Positions 52,352 to 60,934 of a DNA stretch of 64,000 nucleotides are shown in pieces. The DNA is from Prevotella sp. GTDB lineage: Bacteria; Bacteroidota; Bacteroidia; Bacteroidales; Bacteroidaceae. The stretch spans positions 9,762 to 73,761 of the forward strand of contig DAVZJL010000003.1 in the NCBI GenBank assembly GCA_052272805.1, written 5' to 3'. The notes below the pieces were generated by a model. The model saw only the letters and a list, made by a program, of their open reading frames with translations, did no database searches and had not been told where the DNA came from. Positions within the stretch are counted from its first letter, which is position 1. Every line of letters begins with the position of its first letter. A program made the translations under genes and the position numbers.

Positions 52352-53092
52352 ATGGCTAACTTCATAACACGCAACATACCCAACACCCTTACATGCGGCA
52401 ACCTCGTTTCGGGTTGCATCGCAACCGTAATGGCACTCGGAGGCGACGCACGCTGTGCGCTGATATGGATTATTATCGGTGCCGTGTTCGACTTCTTCGA
52501 CGGTATGAGTGCCCGCCTGTTCGGAGTATCATCACCCATCGGCAAAGAGCTCGACTCGCTTGCCGACGACGTGACGTTCGGCGTAGCCCCCTCGGCAATC
52601 GTCTTCGCACAGTTGAGCGTGATGGAATACCCCACAGTGCTCGCCAGCGTAGAGCCGTACATCCCATACTGCGCATTCCTCATCGCAGCATTCTCAGCCC
52701 TTCGCCTCGCAAAGTTCAACCTCGACACACGCCAGACCACCTCGTTCATCGGAATGCCCACACCAGCCAACGCCCTCTTCTGGGGCTCGCTACTCGTGTC
52801 GCAGCCCACACTCATCGAGTCGTCAGCATGGATGATTCCCGCGATACTGCTGCTCGTAGTGCTCACAAGCCTTCTGCTCGTCAGCGAGCTGCCCATGTTC
52901 GCCCTTAAGTTCAAGCAGTGGGGCTGGCATGGCAACGAGCTTCGCTACTCGTTCATCGCCCTCTCCGGTGTGGTCATCGCCCTCTTCGGCGTAATCGGCG
53001 GCATGTGGATAGTCATCACCCTCTACTTCCTCACCTCCGTAGTAGCCGACATCGTGAGTCGCACCCACACCACGGTAGACATCGAGAAGTAG
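52352..53092 (+). CDS. pssA: CDP-diacylglycerol--serine O-phosphatidyltransferase
   Basis: CDP-alcohol motif DFFDGMSAR...GKELDSLAD; RLAKFN; adjacent to psd. Confidence 0.9.
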   Translation: MANFITRNIPNTLTCGNLVSGCIATVMALGGDARCALIWIIIGAVFDFFDGMSARLFGVSSPIGKELDSLADDVTFGVAPSAIVFAQLSVMEYPTVLASVEPYIPYCAFLIAAFSALRLAKFNLDTRQTTSFIGMPTPANALFWGSLLVSQPTLIESSAWMIPAILLLVVLTSLLLVSELPMFALKFKQWGWHGNELRYSFIALSGVVIALFGVIGGMWIVITLYFLTSVVADIVSRTHTTVDIEK

Positions 53093-53139
53093 AACACAAG
53101 AGAGTAGAAACGGATTGTAGCACCAAACAAACCATTCCT

Positions 53140-53457
53140 ATGACATTCATCGGACTATTTCTGAAAAGCATATTTATCATGGTGCTGATGGTAGCCATAT
53201 TCCTCATCGGCATCGTCAGCTTCATCTATCTGCGCGTAAAGCGCATGACGAAGCAGTTCCGCAACGGTACCAACCACACCAACCGTCGCCAGCAGCAAAG
53301 CACAACCACTGGCAACACTCGCCGTCGCAGCGCCCAGTACGACGACGGTGTAGTCGTAGAAGAAGAACTCTACGACGAACGCTCACCGCGCCAGGCTAAC
53401 CGCAAGATTTTTGCGAAAGACGAGGGCGAATACGTGGAGTTTGAAGAAGAAAAGTAA
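53140..53457 (+). CDS. DUF4834-like small membrane protein
   Basis: N-terminal TM helix and C-terminal KIFAKDEGEYVEFEE. Confidence 0.75.
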   Translation: MTFIGLFLKSIFIMVLMVAIFLIGIVSFIYLRVKRMTKQFRNGTNHTNRRQQQSTTTGNTRRRSAQYDDGVVVEEELYDERSPRQANRKIFAKDEGEYVEFEEEK

Positions 53458-53505
53458 AAGTAAAAGAGTAAAAAGGTAAAAAAGTAAAAAGGTAAAAGTA
53501 AAAAC
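53452..53505. repeat. A-rich 8-mer tandem repeat
   Basis: AAAAAGTA/AAAAGGTA units overlapping the stop codon. Confidence 0.75.
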
Positions 53506-53580
53506 TGTTTTCGAGTTTTTATCTACCATCTACCATTTTTCCGCCTTTTCCCACCGCAACTTATTGATACACAATCATAA

Positions 53581-53625
53581 CAATGGCTGGCAGATACGCT
53601 AAAAATCTGCCAGCCATTGCTTTTA
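53581..53625. terminator. Perfect 15-bp hairpin between convergent genes
   Basis: CAATGGCTGGCAGAT-N9-ATCTGCCAGCCATTG followed by CTTTT. Confidence 0.6.
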
Positions 53626-53689
53626 TCTGCCAGGCGGAGAGAGGGTTCTACCAGGCGCGAGATGTAAATATCAATTCTATTCATATCCT

Positions 53690-54415
53690 TTACTTAACAG
53701 GGGGTGCCACATCCTCCATATAGATAATCTTGTCACCCCATCCGTCTCCGAAGATGCTCGGCGAATGAGTAGTGATGAAATACTGAGCGTTTGGATTGAG
53801 CCTTACAAGCATGTTTATAAGTTCAAACTGCCAACTGATATCCAAAGAATTTTCCGGTTCGTCGAGCAACACATACGCCCCATCTCCGTCCAACAGGAAA
53901 ACACGAAGGAGAATCAGCAGAATCTGCTTTTCTCCAGAAGACAAAGCACTGATAGGAATTATCTCTTCCCCAGAAACAACATTAAACTTGTTGCCCTCAA
54001 TCTCAATGCGTTTGCCAGTAGTTTCAAAGAGTTGGTTTACTACGGCGCAGAAGTTGTCTATATCAGCTTTCATCTCAGTTTGTCTTTCGATAGAAGCATC
54101 AATCATAGACATGCGGTGATACATCATAGACGGACCTGTCTTCATGTCAAACATGTAGAACTCCAAATCCTGCGTCAAAGCATTTGTCACCTTTCGCTTG
54201 TCGCGCATCGCTATATTGTCAATGGAAGGTACAAATACAACCCGGTTCTTATCATCCGCATTCTCAAGCGCCATCTTATTGATTTCGTTGAGCAATGTCG
54301 TCTTGCCACTACCGTTTATACCAACAATGATGTTTACATCATCGTTAGCGTTTATGTGTACATTGTACTTTCCCCAGAGGCACGTTTCTATTTCTTTAAT
54401 TTTGGAGTATGCCAT
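53690..54415 (-). CDS. Stand-alone ABC/AAA_21-type ATPase, paralogue of 19794-20615
   Basis: Motifs GINGSGKT, LSSGEKQ, LLDEPENSL and TTHSP; own TAACTTTG box near 54477-54484. Confidence 0.85.
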   Translation of the reverse strand: MAYSKIKEIETCLWGKYNVHINANDDVNIIVGINGSGKTTLLNEINKMALENADDKNRVVFVPSIDNIAMRDKRKVTNALTQDLEFYMFDMKTGPSMMYHRMSMIDASIERQTEMKADIDNFCAVVNQLFETTGKRIEIEGNKFNVVSGEEIIPISALSSGEKQILLILLRVFLLDGDGAYVLLDEPENSLDISWQFELINMLVRLNPNAQYFITTHSPSIFGDGWGDKIIYMEDVAPPVK

Positions 54416-54595
54416 AACATCTTTTGTTTGCTGTGCTCCTCTTGCTCGGACGAGCACAGATATTAATGATTGTGTGCAAAGTTAATAAATTTTCCTCCCA
54501 AAAGCAAGATTTCTGCCGAGCGATGTCCCTCTATTTTGTTCCGCAGCGGAGATTGATTGCGGTGAGGTGGTTGGGGATAGAGACATAAAGGATAA

Positions 54596-54637
54596 TAAAA
54601 ACCCCTCCGTGCGGCTTGTGGGGCTGCGCAGAGGGGC
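54596..54637 (-). terminator. Putative terminator after the Ssp/Pbe-like operon
   Basis: Imperfect stem CCCCTC..GCGGC/GCTGC..GAGGGG followed by a U-run on the minus strand. Confidence 0.5.
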
Positions 54638-54645
54638 ACTATTTA

Positions 54646-55206
54646 TTAGAGTTCTTCTAATTGTATATCCTCCTCTTTCTTTTCATCCAAGAATGATAAG
54701 AACAGATGAAGAAAAGCGGTCTCTCTAAAGAAGTGATTGGGATCATCTTCCATCTTTTCGTAAATATACGAGAAACCGAAGTTGGCATATTGCTCCATTT
54801 TATCAATAAGTTGATCTACAACTTTCCTTGGGGTTGTTTCACCCTTATCTAAAGCAATCAGATCTATATCTGTTTTCGCGACTAATGCTGCAAATAAAAA
54901 TTTGCGTATTTCACCATAAGACGTTCTACCTATACGATTTTCTTGATTACCCCAATATTGGATTGGCTGACCATAAGTTTTAAGCTGTGCTTTGTCTTCA
55001 ATCAAAGGTTTGGTTTGATCGAAATACAATCCAATAAAAAAAGCTATGATAAAAGCTTCATATCCCGCACCAAAAGTTTTAGCACGAGCATGTTGATATG
55101 ATGTTGTTCCACGTCCATAGTCTGTAAAAACATCCATAATAGACTCTTGATAGCGCTTCTCCCATTGTGGGTTGCGCTTACTCCAAATGTCATATAATGA
55201 TTCCAT
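54646..55206 (-). CDS. PbeD-like / dnd-associated helical protein
   Basis: FIIAFFIGL and MEQYANFG resemble, from recall, the E-x-YANGG motif of dnd-associated protein 4; last gene after the SMC-like ATPase. Confidence 0.55.
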   Translation of the reverse strand: MESLYDIWSKRNPQWEKRYQESIMDVFTDYGRGTTSYQHARAKTFGAGYEAFIIAFFIGLYFDQTKPLIEDKAQLKTYGQPIQYWGNQENRIGRTSYGEIRKFLFAALVAKTDIDLIALDKGETTPRKVVDQLIDKMEQYANFGFSYIYEKMEDDPNHFFRETAFLHLFLSFLDEKKEEDIQLEEL

Positions 55207-55208
55207 AG

Positions 55209-57374
55209 TTATTTTATTTTATCAACAATAGTTCGTATTGTAGCCATGTTGTGACTATCGAAGTTATCTGCTTTTCTGATTCTATATACTCCACAAGTAA
55301 GTTTATCTACCTCATTCAAGCGAAGTTGTCCCTTTGTTATGAAATCTTTAGTCACAATAATGCATTGCTTTTTAATTTTATCAATGACATTATAGAACCC
55401 TTCTTCCTTAGAATCACCAAATGAAGATGTCGCAGCATCAAATATTAACGGATAATTCTCGTCACGTTTCTGATCAGTAAAATCAGAAATGGCAAACAGC
55501 ACAGACATATACATGACTGTTTCTTGCGATCCCGAAGGATTTTTTATTTCAGTTCCATTTGAACTATAAAGTTTAATTTCCGTAGAATCTTCAACAGTTT
55601 GGCGCAAACGAATTTCCCCATGGAAATCCCTTGCACTTAGCTTCTCTAAATATTCATTGGCACATTCCTCTAACGCACCTAAGAAACGTCGCAGGTTTTC
55701 TTTTTTTGCCTTCTTAAAAGCATTGGCTATCTCTTTCAACACACGATGCACATCTCTGTAAACTTTCACCTGGCTGCTTTGCGGATTAAGTTCGTTGAAC
55801 TTTTGGTGTAAATCTGCGTCCTGAGCTTTCAATTCCTGTAAGTCTCGTTCCAATTCCACTAAACGTGTTTCTGCACGCCCCTTCTGATCGAACATACCTT
55901 TAATATCCATGAAACTCTTTTGCAGCAATTCTTCAGACACATTACCAGCTTGTATCAATAACCTTGCCTTTTCATCTTCTGTGTCCTGTTCTTTTTCTTC
56001 ATTCTTTTTCAGATCATCTCTCCAACGATCTTCTAGTCTAAGACGGTCAAATATGTCAGTTGGAATTCTTGCAATTTGAGCCTCTACGTCTCCACCCATT
56101 CGTATACCAATGTGGTGTAATTCTTCAACATAACCACTAGTGAACAACTGCTTTTTCTCAATTGAAACTTTTCTCTCGTCAAATTTCAGTTTGGCTTCTA
56201 TGTGTTTCTTATATTCATTGAGTTTATTTACCATAAACTCATATGCACTAGAACCTTCAGGAGCAGGACTTCCACAAACTTTGCATACATGATCGTGAAT
56301 CATCTCCTCCATTGTTTCTTGATTTGGTAAGTACCATGGCAGTTCTGCAACATTCTCTGAAAGCATACCACGAACTTCTTCCAAAGCCTCTTTCTTGCCT
56401 ACCTCTTTAGCATTCTCTTCTAAGAACGCTTTCTCTTGGCGTCTTTTCTCCTTGCTGAATTCAGAACATTTCTTTTTGAAATCTGTCAATATCGGTGAAA
56501 ATGCGCACAATATCCATAACTTGTCTAACAAAGCAGTATTCTTGTTTACCATGCTAATGTTAGCCCTCAATTTAAGCGACTTTTCCTTTAATGTTTTGAG
56601 TCGTTCGCTTACTTCATTAAAACGTTCTGTTGTCTCTTGGTTTTGTTCTAATTCTTCAAGTTTCGAAGAGAATAGAGAAACAGATAGTTTCTTCTCGCTG
56701 ATTTCCTTCTTCTTATTAAGAATATCTTCAGAAACACGCTTCATTTGTTCATTAAGGGTATAGGCCTGTGATGAGATTTTTTTGTCTGAGATACATTCTT
56801 TATTATAAGCTTTTTCTGACTTCTTTTCCATCTCATCAGAAAGGTCAACGAGCTTGTCAAAATCTCTTACACCAGAGAATTTGTCAACAAGCTCTTTTAG
56901 TGCAGCTGCATTCTGAAAGACATTGAGAGTAGACTCTCCCTTAAACATACTGAACCGCTGGATAAAAGCATCAAAGCATCTATCCATAAGTTTTTTACCA
57001 TCTACGACTTCACGTCCGCTACTTGTCTCTTCATAGCCACGGAAGGTAATAGAAGAAGTCTTGAACGAACTATCAGATACACGCTCAAATGTAAATGACT
57101 TTTCAACGATCTTCTCTCCATCGTGATCAAACACCATTCTTACTGCCACCTCATCACTTTCGCCGATCTCCAGTTTCGACTTGCGCATTTCAGAAGCATT
57201 GTGTATACTGCTATTCTCTGTAGCCGTATTAAAAAGCCACTGTAAAGCCTCAAAGAATGTTGTTTTTCCATCACCATTGTCTCCAATGATAAGAGTCAAT
57301 CCATCAGAGAACTCAAATTTATTCTCTCCATAGTAACTACGGAAGTTTCGTATAGAGATTTCTTTTATTATCAT
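55209..57374 (-). CDS. Rad50/SMC-like coiled-coil ATPase (PbeC/DndD-like)
   Basis: NFRSYYG, Walker A GDNGDGKTT, coiled coils with central CKVC hook, signature PSGSQ, Walker B PLIFDA. Confidence 0.8.
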   Translation of the reverse strand: MIIKEISIRNFRSYYGENKFEFSDGLTLIIGDNGDGKTTFFEALQWLFNTATENSSIHNASEMRKSKLEIGESDEVAVRMVFDHDGEKIVEKSFTFERVSDSSFKTSSITFRGYEETSSGREVVDGKKLMDRCFDAFIQRFSMFKGESTLNVFQNAAALKELVDKFSGVRDFDKLVDLSDEMEKKSEKAYNKECISDKKISSQAYTLNEQMKRVSEDILNKKKEISEKKLSVSLFSSKLEELEQNQETTERFNEVSERLKTLKEKSLKLRANISMVNKNTALLDKLWILCAFSPILTDFKKKCSEFSKEKRRQEKAFLEENAKEVGKKEALEEVRGMLSENVAELPWYLPNQETMEEMIHDHVCKVCGSPAPEGSSAYEFMVNKLNEYKKHIEAKLKFDERKVSIEKKQLFTSGYVEELHHIGIRMGGDVEAQIARIPTDIFDRLRLEDRWRDDLKKNEEKEQDTEDEKARLLIQAGNVSEELLQKSFMDIKGMFDQKGRAETRLVELERDLQELKAQDADLHQKFNELNPQSSQVKVYRDVHRVLKEIANAFKKAKKENLRRFLGALEECANEYLEKLSARDFHGEIRLRQTVEDSTEIKLYSSNGTEIKNPSGSQETVMYMSVLFAISDFTDQKRDENYPLIFDAATSSFGDSKEEGFYNVIDKIKKQCIIVTKDFITKGQLRLNEVDKLTCGVYRIRKADNFDSHNMATIRTIVDKIK

Positions 57375-57601
57375 ACGTTTCTCTTTAAATATTCTGTTAC
57401 TTCTTTGTATATTTCTCTCTCTGTTGCTTGTTCTGACGAACGTTTGATTATTTGAGCAACAGCACTGACAACGACATTGTCAGAATCAACAGCTTGATAG
57501 ATCGAGGAAATTTCAGCAGGATTATAATCACCGAATTTCATCAGGTCTGGGTCTGTTAGCACAGCTTCAAGCATCTTGTCATTATTTGTAATAAATGCCA
57601 T
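57371..57601 (-). CDS. Small protein (76 aa), PbeB-like by position
   Basis: 2-bp gap from the helicase gene and ATGA overlap with the SMC-like ATPase. Confidence 0.6.
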   Translation of the reverse strand: MAFITNNDKMLEAVLTDPDLMKFGDYNPAEISSIYQAVDSDNVVVSAVAQIIKRSSEQATEREIYKEVTEYLKRNV

Positions 57602-57603
57602 AA

Positions 57604-59823
57604 TTATAATATGTTTATGTTATAATATGTTGTAATATCATCAAGTTCTGTATATGTAAAGTCTGCATTTTCAGATAAAGATGCGAAATCTCTCACACGT
57701 TTCATCTCCATTTCTAGAAGTCTTCGCTCCATATTGAAATTCTCTGCAGCAGAGTTTATTATAGGAGCAACTATTAGATCATGAATCACAGCATGGTACT
57801 TATCCTTATGCTTTCTCAGAATTCGACCTCTACGTTGAATGAATTGTCGAGGATTTCCAGTACTAGCACAAAATACTGCCATTTCGCTGCGTGGAACGTC
57901 TACACCTTCATCAAGACATTTCATTGAAGTGAGTACTTCCAAATCGCCATTAGCAAAATCACATAAGATCTTATCTCTATTTTTTGATGAGGAAGTGAAC
58001 TCACACACAGTAGTAGTATTACTTATACCCTTAACAATATCTGTGTATTGATCTATTAAATGTTTTGAAGTTTCGTCGTCACCAATAACATCTGATGTAT
58101 CAAAAACATCTGATGTATCATCTGGTTTGTTGCCTTCTGGTACATATACTAAGGTATATTTCAAGTTACCTTTTTCCTCGTACCTTTGCTTCAATATGTT
58201 GCGGAATACGCCTTCTTTATTCTTCGCTTTATGTATTATACGTTTCCGTTTCAATAGTAAAGCCATAAGGATATCATCACTTTTAGGAAAAGACTGGCTG
58301 TCATAGTTAAAGTATTTTGCCAGTTGTAATGATATCTTTATATACTCAGCCATTTCTTCATCATCCAAATACACTACATGAGGATAATAATAGTAGCGGC
58401 ACAGGAAACCATTGTCTATAGCATCACGCATAGAATACTCAAATGTATACCCATTTTCACTTCCAAAGAAGTTTGCCAACCTACTATTGGCAACGTCATC
58501 ATACTGTCTATTAGGAGTCGCAGACAACCCTATACGACGAAGATACTTAATGCCGTCAAGCCTATCAAGTATTCTACCTGCCCCCATATTATGCGCCTCA
58601 TCTGCAATTAGTAAAATTTGATTTACAGAAAAGCCGTTCAATGTTTTGAAAACATTGGCTCTAGCAAACGACGCATAAGTAGATATGATGATAAAAGACT
58701 CCTTGCTATCAGAATAGTTGAATGTTTCTTTAATATGCAACGCCTCTATCTCATCCTTCCACTTTCTATTACGCGAATATACCTTATATATGTTTTTGAA
58801 ATTAAATTTGTGGCATTCGTCAACCCATTGTTCAACCAAGGTTTGAGTCGGCACAAGTATAATTGCTTTGTAATAACCTTTACTTTTATATATTTCTAAT
58901 AGGCAATTAAGAGATGTTATGGTTTTTCCCGTACCCGTAGCCATCGCAAATAATCCACGCTGCTTATTGTTCTTCCATTTTTCAAAAGCCTGTTTTTGAT
59001 ATTCACGTGGACCTGAAGGATATGGAAAATGTGGTACATCATTATCGCTATCATGCACACAAGCGTTCTCTCCACTCACTTTCATTGCCTCTTTTTCAAC
59101 TTTGAGCCTTTTTAATTTACGCTCAACATCAAGCAGTTCATCTATATCTTTTTCATTAAAGGAGGAAGCTATCGCTATTTCGAGTTTATCTGCTGTCAAA
59201 TATTCGATGCCTGACTTTTGGTGATTCATAATGGCATCAAACTCTTGACGTTGACTCGTTATGCGTGCACGCACCATACTATCTACGCTATCGCTTCGAT
59301 CTATTTTTATTTCTTCCAGATTGTTGAACAGCCCACTAATTGTAAAATTCGCAGACCCAATGAAAGAAGTAACGCTATCTCCATCTCTGAATTGTCCAGA
59401 CTTAGTATGCGCTATACCTTTACGGTTGCGTGGACGTATTATTCGTATGTCAATACGTTTGTTGTAGATAAGAAAGGCAAGGCAATCGAAGAATTGCTGC
59501 TGATATTCGTCGAAAGTTTTTCGCAAAGATTCAAAATCGGTAAGGTCAAAACAGTTGATGAATGTACCGTTTATTCCCTCATTTATTGCTTTCTTATCTG
59601 CTTCCGAAACTATTTGGTTTATTACAAGACGCATTCTTCCACCATTCGCAATGAATGTAGCAAAGCCAACAGCAAGCACACTGATTGCAGCAGAGCTAAA
59701 ATAGCCCAGCTGCAAATCAAACTCACTGCTATTTCTTAAGCCATCGTTGAAGAATTTCTCGGGCGAATTATTTTCTCCTGGACGATATGTGCCGTCTTCA
59801 GCCCAATCAACCTCGTATAGCAT
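57604..59823 (-). CDS. PLD-nuclease + SF2 DEAH helicase (PbeA-like / PT-associated restriction enzyme)
   Basis: LGYFSS; PLD motif HTK...GSANFT; PREYQ, MATGTGKT, DEAH, LSATP, LDEGVD and QRRGRILR. Confidence 0.82.
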   Translation of the reverse strand: MLYEVDWAEDGTYRPGENNSPEKFFNDGLRNSSEFDLQLGYFSSAAISVLAVGFATFIANGGRMRLVINQIVSEADKKAINEGINGTFINCFDLTDFESLRKTFDEYQQQFFDCLAFLIYNKRIDIRIIRPRNRKGIAHTKSGQFRDGDSVTSFIGSANFTISGLFNNLEEIKIDRSDSVDSMVRARITSQRQEFDAIMNHQKSGIEYLTADKLEIAIASSFNEKDIDELLDVERKLKRLKVEKEAMKVSGENACVHDSDNDVPHFPYPSGPREYQKQAFEKWKNNKQRGLFAMATGTGKTITSLNCLLEIYKSKGYYKAIILVPTQTLVEQWVDECHKFNFKNIYKVYSRNRKWKDEIEALHIKETFNYSDSKESFIIISTYASFARANVFKTLNGFSVNQILLIADEAHNMGAGRILDRLDGIKYLRRIGLSATPNRQYDDVANSRLANFFGSENGYTFEYSMRDAIDNGFLCRYYYYPHVVYLDDEEMAEYIKISLQLAKYFNYDSQSFPKSDDILMALLLKRKRIIHKAKNKEGVFRNILKQRYEEKGNLKYTLVYVPEGNKPDDTSDVFDTSDVIGDDETSKHLIDQYTDIVKGISNTTTVCEFTSSSKNRDKILCDFANGDLEVLTSMKCLDEGVDVPRSEMAVFCASTGNPRQFIQRRGRILRKHKDKYHAVIHDLIVAPIINSAAENFNMERRLLEMEMKRVRDFASLSENADFTYTELDDITTYYNINIL

Positions 59824-59836
59824 AAATCAAAAGATT

Positions 59837-60934
59837 TTAGATAAAACAATTTGTACACATTACCTCATCATCGAACAATTCGACAAGTGTAGTACCTTTT
59901 TGTTTAGCACGGTTTTCTTCCTGACGTTTTATGATGTCAAGTTTTATCTTTCTTATACGTTCTGGTTTTATCATGTCAGCAAGACTTTCTCCTTGATTCC
60001 ATGTATAACCATCTTTTTCGAATTCCATGGCCTTTTTATATAGGTCCGGATGCTGTTCATAAAGCCATATCCATTCTATCTTCTGCTGGAAAAAGCAGAA
60101 ATAGCAACCGGAACGGCTTCGACAATAAGTGCCGATTTTGCCATCTACCTCAAACGGGATTTCTTCATAATATTTCGGCACGCCAACACCACTCTCTCGT
60201 AAAAGTCTGAAGATGTCATCTTTTACAAGAACTTCGTCGTTGTCTATCAACGGAAAACTATCAAGTTTGCCAATTGGATATTCTGTTGTTTTCAAATATT
60301 CAAAAACAACATGGTTGAATAGTTTTACATCTATGTCAAGCAATGCATTCAGCTTCTTTGAGTAGTAGAACTGTTTGGATATAGGGCGCTTCAATATCTC
60401 CATTATATCCTCACGTTGATAGTCCTTGCATAAGCTATCATATATTGCTATTATCTGTTCTTGTTGATCATTATGGAGAACCTTATTTATGACATCAATG
60501 CTCCATATATTACGACGGAAGGGGAACACGGCTTGAATATTAGGTTTTGAAGAAATGTATCCATCGCGATCCTCGTCGCCACGTATGCCTACATACGACA
60601 CAGCATAGTCATCGCCGACATAGCGCTCAAATTCTCCAAGCTTCATTTTTTGTGTACACCAACGAGCCTGCGGTGATGGCAAGAAGCCACCACACGCTTT
60701 AAGAAAATGCTCAAATGGTGTTGGCTCAGGACTGTCTTCGGCAGCACGAAGTCGTTTAATGCTACCAAGATAAGCCCCAAGACGATCTATCAGCAACTCT
60801 GTTTCTGCAAGTTCGCATCCTGTATCAGAGTTGTAGTATTCTATCTTTAATTGCGGATATCTCTGTTTTAGGTATATGGCCAGTGCTGCACTGTCTTTTC
60901 CACCAGAAATACCCAATATGTGCCTTACGTTCAT
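59837..60934 (-). CDS. PAPS-reductase family protein (SspD-like phosphorothioation enzyme)
   Basis: RHILGISGGKDSAALA PP-loop, RWCT, VGIRGDE, RSRSGCYFCFFQ and C-terminal CTNC. Confidence 0.82.
   Translation of the reverse strand: MNVRHILGISGGKDSAALAIYLKQRYPQLKIEYYNSDTGCELAETELLIDRLGAYLGSIKRLRAAEDSPEPTPFEHFLKACGGFLPSPQARWCTQKMKLGEFERYVGDDYAVSYVGIRGDEDRDGYISSKPNIQAVFPFRRNIWSIDVINKVLHNDQQEQIIAIYDSLCKDYQREDIMEILKRPISKQFYYSKKLNALLDIDVKLFNHVVFEYLKTTEYPIGKLDSFPLIDNDEVLVKDDIFRLLRESGVGVPKYYEEIPFEVDGKIGTYCRSRSGCYFCFFQQKIEWIWLYEQHPDLYKKAMEFEKDGYTWNQGESLADMIKPERIRKIKLDIIKRQEENRAKQKGTTLVELFDDEVMCTNCFI

Noticed and set aside
53632..53650. Resemblance to a reverse-complement tRNA-Ser 3' end (att site)
   Set aside because: The match is short and gapped, with no T-arm and no integrase in view.
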